A DNA stretch of 64,000 nucleotides from Candidatus Poseidoniales archaeon (GCA_003602515.1 QQSB01000005.1:88247-152246), one strand, 5' to 3'. Shown: positions 39,313-49,959, numbered from the stretch's first letter. Notes: generated by a model from the sequence alone, not told the origin. Made by a program: numbers and translations.

Positions 39313-40335
39313 ATGAGGAAGATTGTCTATCCAAGGGCCGGTGGTGTCGAGACAATTGAGATTGTGGAGGATAGTGACCCTGTTCCGAGAAGCGACCAGG
39401 TATGCGTTAGGATCCATAGAGCGGGTATAAACTTCGCAGAGTTGATGATGAGGCAGGGGCTATACGGCTCTAGTCCTGACTTCCCGTTCACCCCCGGATA
39501 CGAGGCATCGGGAGTAGTAATTGGTGTCGGGGACCAAGTGGAAACTCTAGAGGAAGGGGACCGTGTGCTTGCGATGACTGGGTTCGGAGGATATTCAGAA
39601 AAGGTCTGTCTGGATGCTAAAAGAGTCATCCGCATTCCAGACTCAGTCTCTTTCGACCAAGCTGCCGCGATTCCAGTCACCTATGGCACTGCATTCCACA
39701 TGCTAGTTCACCTAGGTAGGATCAGCAAGGGAGATTCGGTCCTCATCCATCACGCTGCAGGTGGGGTAGGGACTGCAGTGGCTCAGATCTGCGAGGCATT
39801 TGGCGCATCATTGGTTGTCGGGACCGCCTCCACCTCAAAGAGAGATTTTGTCGAGTCTATTGGGATGAGATTCGTAGATAGGGAAAAGGAGGATTTCGAA
39901 GAAGTCTGCAAGGATTTGACCGATGGGAGGGGAGTTCACCATGCCATCGATCCGGTGGGCGGTAGTCACCTGCTACGTTCATACAAGTCCCTTAGGAAGG
40001 GAGGGAAATTGTACTACTTCGGAGCGTCTGCTGCAGTTAAAGGGGAGAGAAGATCCAGATTGTCAGAACTAAGAATGTGGTGGGGGATGCCCAGATTCGA
40101 CCCCCTAAGACTCATGACCTCGAATAAGGCGATTTTCGGAGTACATATGGGGCTCCTTGAGGATGAAACGGTATTCAAGGGGCATCTTGCGTCTTTGTCC
40201 GAGATGCTGAAGAAGGGAGAGATAGATCCGATAATCGACTCCGTATGGAGATTCGAAAATGTGGCGGACGCGCAAATGCACATACATAATAGGAAAAATA
40301 GAGGGAAGGTTCTGTTGGACTTCTCGCCGGAGTGA
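39313..40335 (+). CDS. Medium-chain dehydrogenase/quinone oxidoreductase (VAT-1-like)
   Basis: GINFAELMMRQGLYGSSPDFPFTPGYEASGVVIGVG is present. The nucleotide fold is HAAGGGVGTA. Confidence 0.8.
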   Translation: MRKIVYPRAGGVETIEIVEDSDPVPRSDQVCVRIHRAGINFAELMMRQGLYGSSPDFPFTPGYEASGVVIGVGDQVETLEEGDRVLAMTGFGGYSEKVCLDAKRVIRIPDSVSFDQAAAIPVTYGTAFHMLVHLGRISKGDSVLIHHAAGGVGTAVAQICEAFGASLVVGTASTSKRDFVESIGMRFVDREKEDFEEVCKDLTDGRGVHHAIDPVGGSHLLRSYKSLRKGGKLYYFGASAAVKGERRSRLSELRMWWGMPRFDPLRLMTSNKAIFGVHMGLLEDETVFKGHLASLSEMLKKGEIDPIIDSVWRFENVADAQMHIHNRKNRGKVLLDFSPE

Positions 40336-40746
40336 CTACAGGCGTACTGGCCTTGTAGCGCCACATGCCTGACATTTCAGTAGAGTAGTCCTATCTTCAC
40401 GTACGAACCTCGTATCGGGTGCCTTGCACTCGCCACATAGGATGAAGGTCTTCACATAGGAGACGATTTTCTCCTTGATTCTCTTGGGGGGGACCTTGCC
40501 CTTCAGCATGATTCTTACTTGCTCTCTGCTCCCTGAGGTTCCAAGTTCATTCAGTAGATACTGGAAAACATGATTCGCATCCCTATCCATCGCATCTACA
40601 ATCTCCGAGAAGTTCCTGAGAATCGTCTGACTTCCTTCGATCATGATATCTGGTTGTGGCATTGTCCACCTAGAACGCTCGCTGATGTCTTTGGGTATCC
40701 TCTCCCTAGCACGATCCAAGAGATCCTCGTATCCGCGGTTCGACAT
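40336..40746 (-). CDS. eif2b: Translation initiation factor aIF-2 beta subunit
   Basis: The C-terminal C4 zinc motif is CGECKAPDT...CQACGA. The length and N-terminal pattern are typical. Confidence 0.88.
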   Translation of the reverse strand: MSNRGYEDLLDRARERIPKDISERSRWTMPQPDIMIEGSQTILRNFSEIVDAMDRDANHVFQYLLNELGTSGSREQVRIMLKGKVPPKRIKEKIVSYVKTFILCGECKAPDTRFVREDRTTLLKCQACGATRPVRL

Positions 40747-40826
40747 GGCCCTGGGAGAATAGGGTGGCTTTTCACCCCACCGGGAGTCTTGGGAACGGTC
40801 AAGGACCGGTTCTATCTCGGGAACAC

Positions 40827-41276
40827 ATGGACATGGAGCCGGTTGTCAAGGTGGTCAAGACTGACTCTGATGCCAAGATGCCTACCAAGGGTAGTGAGCA
40901 TGCGGCTGGATGGGACCTGTACTGCTTGGAGGACACGATTGTTAGTTTCAGATCTAGCGTGAGGATCAGGACTGGCCTGAGAGTGGCGATACCAGTGGGT
41001 TTCGAAGGACAAGTCAGGGCTAGATCATCACTAGGATCGAAGGGGCTAATCCTACCTCATAGCATAGGGACAATTGATGCCGATTACAGGGGCGAGTTGT
41101 TCGTGCTAATGACGTGGATCGGAGAAGGTGATTCCTACAAGGTGAAAGCCGGAGAGAGGATAGCCCAACTAGTAATAGCACCGATACCCGATGTCCAATT
41201 CGCAGAAGTCGAGATTGAGGGCCTAGGAGATACGGAAAGAGGCACGGGTGGCTTCGGAAGTACCGGCAGATTCTGA
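40827..41276 (+). CDS. dut: dUTP diphosphatase (trimeric dUTPase)
   Basis: AAGWDLY, GTIDADYRGE and the C-terminal RGTGGFGSTG are present. I set the start at ATG 40827. Confidence 0.88.
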   Translation: MDMEPVVKVVKTDSDAKMPTKGSEHAAGWDLYCLEDTIVSFRSSVRIRTGLRVAIPVGFEGQVRARSSLGSKGLILPHSIGTIDADYRGELFVLMTWIGEGDSYKVKAGERIAQLVIAPIPDVQFAEVEIEGLGDTERGTGGFGSTGRF

Positions 41277-41348
41277 ATATAGGAAATACAACACCCACCA
41301 TAGAATACTCCCGGTGGATTCATAGCACTCTAACGCTGGCATCGACTG

Positions 41349-41930
41349 ATGCACCTAAGTGTAGATGAGTTAAGGGCCAAGGTCGAAGAGTTCAGATTGA
41401 GTGGACTCAACACCCAGCAAATTGCAGATGAGCTTTCTCTGTCTCAGACCACCGTACAGTGGCTCTCTGCAAGTGACTTCGAGGTAGATGACAAACCGCT
41501 TGACGTTAAGGTCGGATGGAGGTCAATCGCTGTTAAAGGGGATAGAATAGAGGCTGTTTCATACATTTTCTGTGATATCATCGATGAGATGGTTGGGGAC
41601 GAAATCGATACTATTGTCGGAGTGAGCATCAATGGGATCGCTTTCGCCCAGGCGATTTCTTCCACGATGGATCTGGAAATGGCTGTTGTAAGAAGCATCA
41701 ATGAGGAAGTTGGCGGCCATCTCTCAGAAGTCTATGCGGGAATAGATGGAAAAAGGGTAATCATCATTGATGACGTATACTCTTCTGGTACAACCATGAA
41801 AAAGACGGCAGCTGACCTCAAGGCCTCGGGCGCCGATGTCAAAATGTGTATGGTCCTTGTAAACAAATCCTGGGACGATGACGTCGATGGGGTGCCATTG
41901 AGGGCGCTGATTCGAGCAGCGACGGTCTGA
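41349..41930 (+). CDS. Orotate phosphoribosyltransferase-like protein with an N-terminal HTH (GfcR/COG0856 type regulator)
   Basis: The HTH-like segment is NTQQIADELSLSQTTVQW. The PRPP-binding motif is VIIIDDVYSSGTTM. Confidence 0.7.
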   Translation: MHLSVDELRAKVEEFRLSGLNTQQIADELSLSQTTVQWLSASDFEVDDKPLDVKVGWRSIAVKGDRIEAVSYIFCDIIDEMVGDEIDTIVGVSINGIAFAQAISSTMDLEMAVVRSINEEVGGHLSEVYAGIDGKRVIIIDDVYSSGTTMKKTAADLKASGADVKMCMVLVNKSWDDDVDGVPLRALIRAATV

Positions 41931-41938
41931 GGTGGCAC

Positions 41939-43513
41939 ATGCACTGGGCGGATTATACCGCGCAAAGGCTCATCGAGCGTGGAGGGAGGCAGGTATCCGC
42001 ATCCGGAATTACTCCCTCTGGAGATTTCCATATAGGTCACCTGAGAGAGATTCTCTCAGCTGAGATGATACATAGGGCATGCATTGATGCGGGTATTGAA
42101 TCGAAGTATATCTTCATCGTCGACTCGATGGACCCACTCAGGAGAGTGTATGATTTCCTATCACCGGAATACAAGAGATACATCGGCCACCCACTAGCAT
42201 ACATACCAGCCCCTGATCCCGATGGGAAACCTGGAGAAGGGGGCAATACCTATGCTGAGCACTTCCTTGATCCGTTCCTGAAGGCTCTAGGGGAAATTGG
42301 GGTGAACCCAGAGGTGGTGATGAATCACGAGACTTACGAATCGGGAGGTTTCGCCGAGTTCATCGACTCAGCGATTACAAGGAAGGAAGAGATTGGTGGA
42401 ATTATTCAGGACATTGCGGGAAGGGATCTGGGTGAAGACTGGTTCCCTTACAACCCAATTGGGTCTGATGGGAGCATGGATGGAGTTATTGTGACGGGTT
42501 ATGAGAGGCCATTTGTTCACTGGACAGACTCACATGGCATTGACGGGAAGTCAGACATCAGGAAGGCAGAGGGGAAAATGCCATGGAGGATCGACTGGGC
42601 TGCCAGGTGGGCGATTCATGGGATTACTTGCGAGCCAGCAGGTAAGGATCATGGCGCTGCTGGAGGCAGTTACGACACTGGGATCCCTATTTGCAGGCTC
42701 CTCGGGGGGAATCCGCCTGACAAAATAGTCTACGAATGGATACAATTGAAGGGAATGGGGCCTATGTCCAGTTCGTCAGGACTCACCATTGGACCGATGG
42801 AGGCACTCTCACTGGTCCCTCCGGAGATTCTCCGCTATGTAATCGCAAGAAGCAAGATCAACAGGCATATCGAATTTGATACTGGTGGAGCGCTATTCCG
42901 CACCGCGGATGAGTACGAAAGACTAGTTTCCAACCCCACTCTGGTAGATGAGGGGATGACGAAGAGGCAGTTAGTTGCGGCTCAGACCCAAGTGGGTGCA
43001 ATCAGGCTGAGTCAGGTTGAGCCGGGTTCTGATCCCCGTAAATCGATAGGCGGGGTATCATTCAGTCACCTCTCAATGCTCGCACAAATAAAATCCTCCG
43101 ATGAAGACGTTTGGGGATCCCTGAATAGGTCTGGACATATCCAAGGGGAGCCGAGTAATTCGCTGGTTGTCCGACTCGCGAGAATGAGAAATTGGATTGG
43201 CGGGGCGCACTTCCCAATAGACGCAAAGATTGAGATCAAGAAGAGGATTAGCGATGAGGCCAGGGTGAACATAGATATGGACGGGAGGAAATTCCTTTCT
43301 TCGCTTTCCTCCCTACTTTCTGAATGTGAATGGTCGGATGAGGGAATCAATGCGGCAATTGTGAATGCCTGCGAGTCTGCAGGGATACCAATAGGGAGTG
43401 GATATTCCTCATTGTATTGGGTACTTATTGGCAGAAGTTACGGGCCTAAGGCTTCCTCCCTAATATCGGAGATGGATAGAGAGGGTGTTCTTTCCCTCCT
43501 GGGAAGCGCATAG
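41939..43513 (+). CDS. lysK: Lysyl-tRNA synthetase, class I
   Basis: SGITPSGDFHIGHLREI is the HIGH motif. GPMSSSSG is the KMSKS-like element. The length is about 520 aa. Confidence 0.9.
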   Translation: MHWADYTAQRLIERGGRQVSASGITPSGDFHIGHLREILSAEMIHRACIDAGIESKYIFIVDSMDPLRRVYDFLSPEYKRYIGHPLAYIPAPDPDGKPGEGGNTYAEHFLDPFLKALGEIGVNPEVVMNHETYESGGFAEFIDSAITRKEEIGGIIQDIAGRDLGEDWFPYNPIGSDGSMDGVIVTGYERPFVHWTDSHGIDGKSDIRKAEGKMPWRIDWAARWAIHGITCEPAGKDHGAAGGSYDTGIPICRLLGGNPPDKIVYEWIQLKGMGPMSSSSGLTIGPMEALSLVPPEILRYVIARSKINRHIEFDTGGALFRTADEYERLVSNPTLVDEGMTKRQLVAAQTQVGAIRLSQVEPGSDPRKSIGGVSFSHLSMLAQIKSSDEDVWGSLNRSGHIQGEPSNSLVVRLARMRNWIGGAHFPIDAKIEIKKRISDEARVNIDMDGRKFLSSLSSLLSECEWSDEGINAAIVNACESAGIPIGSGYSSLYWVLIGRSYGPKASSLISEMDREGVLSLLGSA

Positions 43514-43587
43514 ATTGGAAGATGCGCTTATAGCCCTCTTAATCTCTATAGAAAACTATCAAATTCACAATACCTGACAGCCTGCCT

Positions 43588-43917
43588 ATGGGAGTTTACG
43601 AACTACTGATGAAGGCAATAGAAGAGAGGGACGCGCGGCACTATATTGAGGCACTACACGATGACTACGAATTTATCCGTCATCAAACTGGGTCGGCAAT
43701 GGGAAAATCGAAGATGAGCGAGATGATGACAAGTATGATGGCCAATGGAGATGTGGTCATCAGAGAGCCAAGATGTATCTTCGAGAACGATGAGATCCTA
43801 GTCGAGCACTCGGTTATGGACTTCCCAGATGGGACAACAGAGGCCGTAATGGCTGTTCACACAAAGAAGGATGGGAAGATAATCAGGACTGAAACTGGCG
43901 CTACACTAATTCAGTAA
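43588..43917 (+). CDS. Small hypothetical protein, possibly NTF2/SnoaL-like fold
   Basis: It is 109 aa. The helix-then-beta pattern runs IEERDARHYIEALHDDYEF ... VMAVHTKKDGKIIRTE. The fold call is weak. Confidence 0.4.
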   Translation: MGVYELLMKAIEERDARHYIEALHDDYEFIRHQTGSAMGKSKMSEMMTSMMANGDVVIREPRCIFENDEILVEHSVMDFPDGTTEAVMAVHTKKDGKIIRTETGATLIQ

Positions 43918-43929
43918 GAAAGCCTCAGT

Positions 43930-46900
43930 CTATTTGAGAGACTTGATGTCGAGTAAACGTGGTTCTGGGATTCCCAAGAGGGCTTCTTGGACCGCCTCGA
44001 CCTCCATTCTTGCACCTGCCATAGTGGTGACGAACGGAATGTTAAGTTCCACGGCAAGTCTCCTCATCATGTTGCCATCTAGAACTGCTCCGCCGGTCGA
44101 CCTCGGAGTATTGATCACGAGTTGTATCTTTCCTTGGCGCATCAGATCAAGGGCATCGGGCGAGCGTCCCTCTGCAATCCTGTAGCATGTCTCTACCTCC
44201 ATTTCCCCCACTCCACGAAGAACTCTAGAAGTCCCCCTGGTAGCGAAAATAGTGAATCCCATTTCCTTCAGCCTCTCTGCTAGCGGAATCATTGCATACT
44301 TGTCTTCATCCTTGACGGTTATGTACACGCCTCCTTCAGTCGGGACTGGAATTTCGGTCGCAAGTCTTGCCTTTAGATAAGCGGCCGAGGCCCTTACGTG
44401 AGAACCCATGACTTCTCCGGTTGATTTCATCTCGGGACCCGGTGCGGGGTCCAGGCCACGAAGTTTGATGAATGGGAAAACCGGTGCCTTGACGCATACC
44501 GCATCAGTCTGGGGCTCGGGTATCTCAAGATCGCACAACCTCTCTCCCAAGGCAACTCTTGCAGCAATCCTAGCTAATGGGATTCCTGTAGACTTGGCTA
44601 CGAAGGGGAACGTCCGAGATCCCCTAGGGTTTACTTCGAGGACATAAAGTAGGCCATCGTGAATTGCAAACTGGATGTTATAGCAGCCGCGAATACCTAG
44701 CTCAAGGCCAATTACTCTCGTCCATTCATGCACTTGCTCTAGGATTTCATCTGGTACATTCTGTGGCGGGATGAAGCAAGTTGAGTCGCCTGAGTGGATT
44801 CCTGCTTCCTCTAGATGCTCCATTACTGCACCTACTAGCACGTCCTCCCCATCGCAGACGGCATCGACGTCTAGCTCCATTGCGTTTCCGAGGTACTTGT
44901 CTATCAGTAGAGGCCTATCAGAGGAAAGGTATGCGTCCCTCATGTATGACTCCAACTGCTTGTAGTTGGCAAGAATCTCCATCCCCCTCCCTCCGAGGAC
45001 ATATGAAGGTCTGACGAGGACTGGGTATCCGATCTCGTTGGCTGCGTGTCTTACTCCCTCCGGAGTAGTGGCTGTTGCTCCATCGGGCATCCTAAGGTCG
45101 CACCTTAGTGCGAACTCCTCGAATCTTTCACGATCGCTTGCCTCGTCTACTGATTCTGGAGAGGTTCCTTCCATAACTAGTTCTAGTCCCATGGAGGAAA
45201 GGTGCGGGAGTTCATTTGACAAGGGAAGGGCAAGGTTGATCGCAGTCTGTCCTCCAAACTGGAGCAGGATGCCATTTGCATCCTCTCTGAGAAGAATCTC
45301 CGATACAGATTCCAAAGTAAGTGGATCGAAGTAAAGTCTGTCGCTTGTATCGAAGTCCGTGGATACCGTCTCGGGGTTATTGTTGATTATTATCGCCTCA
45401 TGACCTAGATCCTGAATCGCCCCCGCAGCGTGTACGCACCCATAGTCAAACTCGATTCCCTGTCCTATTCTGATGGGTCCTGAGCCGATCACTGCTATCC
45501 TCTGCTTGATCGAAGTTGCTAGCCCTGGAACGTAATCCACCCCTGAATCAGCCGAACCACCCTCGTACGTCGAGTAGTAGTACGGGGTAACTGCTGCGAA
45601 CTCTGCCGCGCATGAGTCGACCATGCGAAATCTTGGGTGGATGCCGAGTTCATGTCTCCTCATCCTTACAGCGGTTTCATCTTGCCCTGTTGGGAGGTTC
45701 TTGAAACCGCTCTCGGGAAAACCGCAAAGAGCGTCTGCAATATGCAAATCTGTGAAGCCGACACCCTTCCAGGAACGCATCTCGGATTGGGGTATTTCTG
45801 CTGGCTGCATCCCAATCTCTCCTGCCGCTCTGATCTCAGTCTCTATTGCCGCGATACTCTCGAACCTTCTGAGGAACCATCTGGTAATCCCTCCAGTTAA
45901 ATCTCTCACGTCCTCTATCGAGTATCCCCTTCGGAATGCCTCGATGACCGCTCCCAGCCTCCTATCAGTAGGTATTCTTAGCCAGTCCTCATGAAGTGCG
46001 GTTGGTAGCTCCTCAGAGGCCCTTTCATCCATGGTCTCTCCATCGGAAGCATCTGACATCGTTAATGGCCTAGGATGGGGTTTGTCATACTCCAAGCTAG
46101 CCCATGCCTTGAGGCATGCTTCCTCAAAGGAGCGTCCAATGGCCATTACTTCCCCTGTGGATTTCATAGAAGTTCCCAGACTCCTGTCTGCGGTCCTGAA
46201 CTTGTCGAAAGGCCACCTAGGAATCTTGACCACGCAATAGTCCAATGTCGGTTCGAACGCTGCCGTCGTCCCCTCGCCGGTTATTGGGTTGGGTAGTTCA
46301 TCAAGAGTGTAACCAACGGCAATCAAGGCCGCCATTCTTGCGATTGGGTAACCTGTTGCCTTCGATGCCAATGCAGAGGAGCGTGAGACACGGGGATTTA
46401 CCTCAATTACCCTATAGTCACCAGTAGACTGTTCTACTGCGAACTGGACATTACACCCTCCCTTTATGTTTAGTCTCCTGATTAGTTTCAAGGCTGAGTC
46501 TCGGAGCCCTTGATGATCGCGATCGGAAAGTGTCTGCTGTGGGGCCACTACAATTGACTCTCCCGTGTGAACGCCCATCGGGTCGATATTCTCCATCGTG
46601 CAAACGATGATTGCATTGTCTGAACTATCCCTCATCACCTCATACTCATGCTCTTGCCAACCCAGAATACTCTCCTCAATGAGTACCTGGCCTATCGCCG
46701 AATGCAATATTCCTTGACTCGCAATCTCAACCAACTCGCCCATGTTGAATGCAGTACCGCCACCAAGACCTCCGAGTGTGAAAGCAGGCCTGATCAGCAA
46801 TGGGAAAGAGCCTAGTTCCTCTGCCGCCGCAATGACCTCCTCGATTGATTCGCAAGCCATGGCCTTGCAGACTGGGAGATCGATCTCCTCACAGACTCTC

Positions 46901-47298
46901 TTGAAGAGGTCCCGGTCCTCAGCTTCATCTATCGCAGCAAGATTACAACCAATCAGCTCGACTCCTAACTCATCTAGGGTGCCGTCCTTGGCAAGTGCTG
47001 ATGCTATGTTCAGAGCAGTCTGTCCGCCCATTCCAGCTAGCAGTGCGTCTGGCTTCTCGGACTCCATGATTCTCTTAACGACCTCTGGAAGCAGGGGTTC
47101 GATGTATATCCGATCTGCCATTTCAGGATCATTTTGAATAGTTGCGGGATTCGAGTTGACTAGTATTACCTCATAACCGTCTGAGCGAAGTGCTCGACAG
47201 GCCTGTGATCCAGAGAAATCAAACTCTGCTGCCTGTCCAATTCGGATAGGACCGCTTCCAAGTATGAGGATTCTCTGCAAGTCATCACGACGAGGCAT
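43930..47298 (-). CDS. carB: Carbamoyl-phosphate synthase large subunit
   Basis: It has duplicated ATP-grasp halves (ILILGSGPIRIGQAAEFDFSG and IAVIGSGPIRIGQGIEFDYG). A C-terminal MGS-like domain is present. Confidence 0.95.
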   Translation of the reverse strand: MPRRDDLQRILILGSGPIRIGQAAEFDFSGSQACRALRSDGYEVILVNSNPATIQNDPEMADRIYIEPLLPEVVKRIMESEKPDALLAGMGGQTALNIASALAKDGTLDELGVELIGCNLAAIDEAEDRDLFKRVCEEIDLPVCKAMACESIEEVIAAAEELGSFPLLIRPAFTLGGLGGGTAFNMGELVEIASQGILHSAIGQVLIEESILGWQEHEYEVMRDSSDNAIIVCTMENIDPMGVHTGESIVVAPQQTLSDRDHQGLRDSALKLIRRLNIKGGCNVQFAVEQSTGDYRVIEVNPRVSRSSALASKATGYPIARMAALIAVGYTLDELPNPITGEGTTAAFEPTLDYCVVKIPRWPFDKFRTADRSLGTSMKSTGEVMAIGRSFEEACLKAWASLEYDKPHPRPLTMSDASDGETMDERASEELPTALHEDWLRIPTDRRLGAVIEAFRRGYSIEDVRDLTGGITRWFLRRFESIAAIETEIRAAGEIGMQPAEIPQSEMRSWKGVGFTDLHIADALCGFPESGFKNLPTGQDETAVRMRRHELGIHPRFRMVDSCAAEFAAVTPYYYSTYEGGSADSGVDYVPGLATSIKQRIAVIGSGPIRIGQGIEFDYGCVHAAGAIQDLGHEAIIINNNPETVSTDFDTSDRLYFDPLTLESVSEILLREDANGILLQFGGQTAINLALPLSNELPHLSSMGLELVMEGTSPESVDEASDRERFEEFALRCDLRMPDGATATTPEGVRHAANEIGYPVLVRPSYVLGGRGMEILANYKQLESYMRDAYLSSDRPLLIDKYLGNAMELDVDAVCDGEDVLVGAVMEHLEEAGIHSGDSTCFIPPQNVPDEILEQVHEWTRVIGLELGIRGCYNIQFAIHDGLLYVLEVNPRGSRTFPFVAKSTGIPLARIAARVALGERLCDLEIPEPQTDAVCVKAPVFPFIKLRGLDPAPGPEMKSTGEVMGSHVRASAAYLKARLATEIPVPTEGGVYITVKDEDKYAMIPLAERLKEMGFTIFATRGTSRVLRGVGEMEVETCYRIAEGRSPDALDLMRQGKIQLVINTPRSTGGAVLDGNMMRRLAVELNIPFVTTMAGARMEVEAVQEALLGIPEPRLLDIKSLK

Positions 47299-48638
47299 CA
47301 GGAACCGCCTTCCTTTCTTACTAGTTCGGCCTCTGCACGCCCGAGATGTTCTGCAACTATTTTCTGGAACCTGTCGAACAGTGGAGAAGCGTCATGGGGG
47401 CCCGGACAGGCCTCGGGGTGGAATTGTATTGTGAATGCAGGTTTGTCCAACAGGTCAAGTCCCTCCACAGTGCCATCATTGGAGTTGACGTGTCGGACTC
47501 TGAATTCAGCGCCCAGTACATTATCGCTAGTTCCTGAGCGGACCCCACTTGGATGAGGGGCGAGCATGCCCTGTACTGGGTCCTCTACAGCGAATCCATG
47601 ATTCTGGCTGGTAATGTGTACCCTTCCTGTCTCCAAGTCCATGACTGGTTGGTTTGATCCTCTGTGACCGTATCGCAACTTGTACGTCCTTAGTCCGGCT
47701 GCTAGGCCCATCAACTGATGACCCAGGCATATTCCCATTACAGGCATCCCCTGGCGAACAGCCGCTGCCAAAGTCCCCCTAGCATCAGTTGCAGCTCCCG
47801 GGTGTGCTGGGTCCCCAGGGCCATTGGATGCAAAGAGGGCATCAGGAGACCAGTCTCTGGTTATTTCCTCCAGAGGCATGTCAGCGGGGCACCAGACAAC
47901 CTCGAACCTAGTGCATAGTTCCCTCAGGATGTTGTGCTTGACGCCACAATCGATTGCAGCGAGGCGAGGCAGGGGTTGGCCTTCGCCGTCCTCAGCCCCG
48001 GGATTGAGTAGAGTTGGCTCATCACAGGTTACTTCGGCGACTAAGTCGTCCGCATCGGGAGGTGTAATTTCCCTAAGAATTAATTCCATTTCCTCGACCC
48101 TCTCAGCGGGCCCGAATACGCAGAGAAGTGTACCATGTTCCCTGACTCTCCTAGTTAGTGAACGGGTATCTATCCCCTCTATCCCAGGGATATTGTGAGC
48201 GACCAATAGGTCATGCACGCTTCCTACGGAGTCTCGATGATCGGGAGATGCCATGTGTTGTCTGCATACGACCCCTCGAGGATGAACAGAAGACGACTCC
48301 GAAATTCCCGGGTGAATTCCGTAGTTACCCAGAAGCGGATATGTGAAAGTTAACACCTGTCCGGCGAACGAGGGATCGGTCAGGCTTTCCTGATATCCGC
48401 ACATCCCCGTGGTGAATACCAACTCCCCCTCTGCTATTTCCTCGGAACCGAATAGTCTACCCTCGAACCTCGTGCCATCGGCAAGAAGTAGGATTCCCCG
48501 GGATCCACTAGGATGCTCTGGGCTCCCATAATCGAGGAGTAAATCGGCTGCATCCGGGAATGATGGGGGAGAGTCGACGCCACGAATATTAGCTCCGGGG
48601 CAGAAGCCCCCGTCTGCTAGACTCTCCGACATCAGCAA
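47298..48638 (-). CDS. carA: Carbamoyl-phosphate synthase small (glutaminase) subunit with an N-terminal extension of about 45 aa
   Basis: LLLADGTRFEGRLFG is present. The GATase triad context is GICLGHQL and HPE. It shares 1 nt with the carB start. Confidence 0.9.
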   Translation of the reverse strand: MLMSESLADGGFCPGANIRGVDSPPSFPDAADLLLDYGSPEHPSGSRGILLLADGTRFEGRLFGSEEIAEGELVFTTGMCGYQESLTDPSFAGQVLTFTYPLLGNYGIHPGISESSSVHPRGVVCRQHMASPDHRDSVGSVHDLLVAHNIPGIEGIDTRSLTRRVREHGTLLCVFGPAERVEEMELILREITPPDADDLVAEVTCDEPTLLNPGAEDGEGQPLPRLAAIDCGVKHNILRELCTRFEVVWCPADMPLEEITRDWSPDALFASNGPGDPAHPGAATDARGTLAAAVRQGMPVMGICLGHQLMGLAAGLRTYKLRYGHRGSNQPVMDLETGRVHITSQNHGFAVEDPVQGMLAPHPSGVRSGTSDNVLGAEFRVRHVNSNDGTVEGLDLLDKPAFTIQFHPEACPGPHDASPLFDRFQKIVAEHLGRAEAELVRKEGGS

Positions 48639-48698
48639 CGCTGCTCAAGTACGATTCTTAATGGTTGACAGAGAAAATGAATTTCCACAATTGCAAAA

Positions 48699-49253
48699 TC
48701 ACTCTTCATCGTCGTTGATTACGACCTTTCCATTAGCCGAGGGTATCACCTTCATCTTAGCCCCTTGGAACCTTGAGACACTGTCTACAGGACCTAGCCA
48801 AGAGTTCAGAAATACCGCAAGCGCGGCTACTTCAGAGTGAGGTTGGTTACCCACTGATATGTTGTGATCAGACAAGTGATATACTTCTGCTGGGACCTTG
48901 GTCCCCCCTACCACTACCAAGGCTGGCTTATCTCTCGTGATACTTGGAATGGATTCCTCCCACGGGCTGCCGTACATCGTGAGATGGACAATTGTTACCT
49001 CTCCGGACTTAGACTGCTTCCTTAGAAAAGACATGGGGCTCTCTTCGAACCTACTCGAGAATGACCCCCCAAAACGTTCTGTCACTGAATCCCAAGTCTC
49101 CAGTGCAGAAGGATCTCTGTCACCAGCGAGGATTACCTCGTCGGCCCCGAATGCTCTAGCAGTAAGTCCAAGATGAGATGTTATCCTCTTGTCTCTGTCA
49201 CGCCTGTGCCCAAGACGAAGCACGGAGATGCTAGTTGGCACCTTGTCGCTCAT
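48699..49253 (-). CDS. trm56: tRNA (cytidine56-2'-O)-methyltransferase aTrm56 (SPOUT)
   Basis: The COG1303 pattern is VLRLGHRRDRDKRITSHLGLTARAFGADEV. I set the start at ATG 49253 (MSDKVP). Confidence 0.75.
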   Translation of the reverse strand: MSDKVPTSISVLRLGHRRDRDKRITSHLGLTARAFGADEVILAGDRDPSALETWDSVTERFGGSFSSRFEESPMSFLRKQSKSGEVTIVHLTMYGSPWEESIPSITRDKPALVVVGGTKVPAEVYHLSDHNISVGNQPHSEVAALAVFLNSWLGPVDSVSRFQGAKMKVIPSANGKVVINDDEE

Positions 49254-49257
49254 ACTC

Positions 49258-49905
49258 TCATGCGAAAGGAGGGGACTCATCAGCATGACCCTCTATGGCA
49301 TCTGTTCCAGAGGAGGGGAATACGTCGACCCCCATGTTCAGCATGCTGGCCCTGACCCATTGAAGAAGGAGAGCATCGAACATCATGTGAGAAGCGAATC
49401 CCACCATAACTGCAAGGACTAGGACCCTGGCAGTTGCGAATAGAGCATCCCCCTCTAGTTGCTCCCAGTTCATCATCGCTGGCTCGATGATGTAGAACAT
49501 AGCAAGGACACCAAGGCCACCGCCAATCTGTGACATTGTGGCATTCCCCCTCTCCCTTCCGATTCCTGTGAAAAGAATCGCGGCGATTACGAGAACAGGA
49601 ATTATCATGCTTACCGTTTCGAAATCTAACGAGCCTAGAGTCGAAGGAGGTATTAGAGAATCATCAACTTGCTCTGAACCTTTGCTAATCGTAATCCACC
49701 ACCACAGTGCGCTCGAAAGGAATAAGGCTCCAGAAGTTCTACCCCTCTCCGTAATCATGTCCCTGACATGGTGTGCATCACGAGGCTTGAGCCTCTGCAC
49801 AATTGAGTCCAGTATGAACAGAGTCTCCGGATCGTGAGAGTCGCCTTGGTCTTGAGCAGTTTTCTGCTCTGAGGCCTCTGGAGAAGCATCCTCTCCCAGA
49901 ACCAT
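49258..49905 (-). CDS. Hypothetical multi-pass membrane protein
   Basis: It has an acidic N-terminus followed by about four hydrophobic helices, for example MIIPVLVIAAILFTGIG and VLVLAVMVGFASHMMF. Confidence 0.5.
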   Translation of the reverse strand: MVLGEDASPEASEQKTAQDQGDSHDPETLFILDSIVQRLKPRDAHHVRDMITERGRTSGALFLSSALWWWITISKGSEQVDDSLIPPSTLGSLDFETVSMIIPVLVIAAILFTGIGRERGNATMSQIGGGLGVLAMFYIIEPAMMNWEQLEGDALFATARVLVLAVMVGFASHMMFDALLLQWVRASMLNMGVDVFPSSGTDAIEGHADESPPFA

Positions 49906-49959
49906 CGCCCGATTGCCCCTCCGTCACATCATAAAGCAATCGTCGTTTGCGGGACCCAT

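Noticed and set aside
40764-40826. Upstream non-ATG start for dut (170 aa), and similar long N-terminal extensions for the PCD (38333), Trm56 (49286) and RHH (4393) ORFs.
   Set aside because: The extensions overlap neighbouring genes or promoter DNA and lack homology. Internal ATGs give canonical N-termini.
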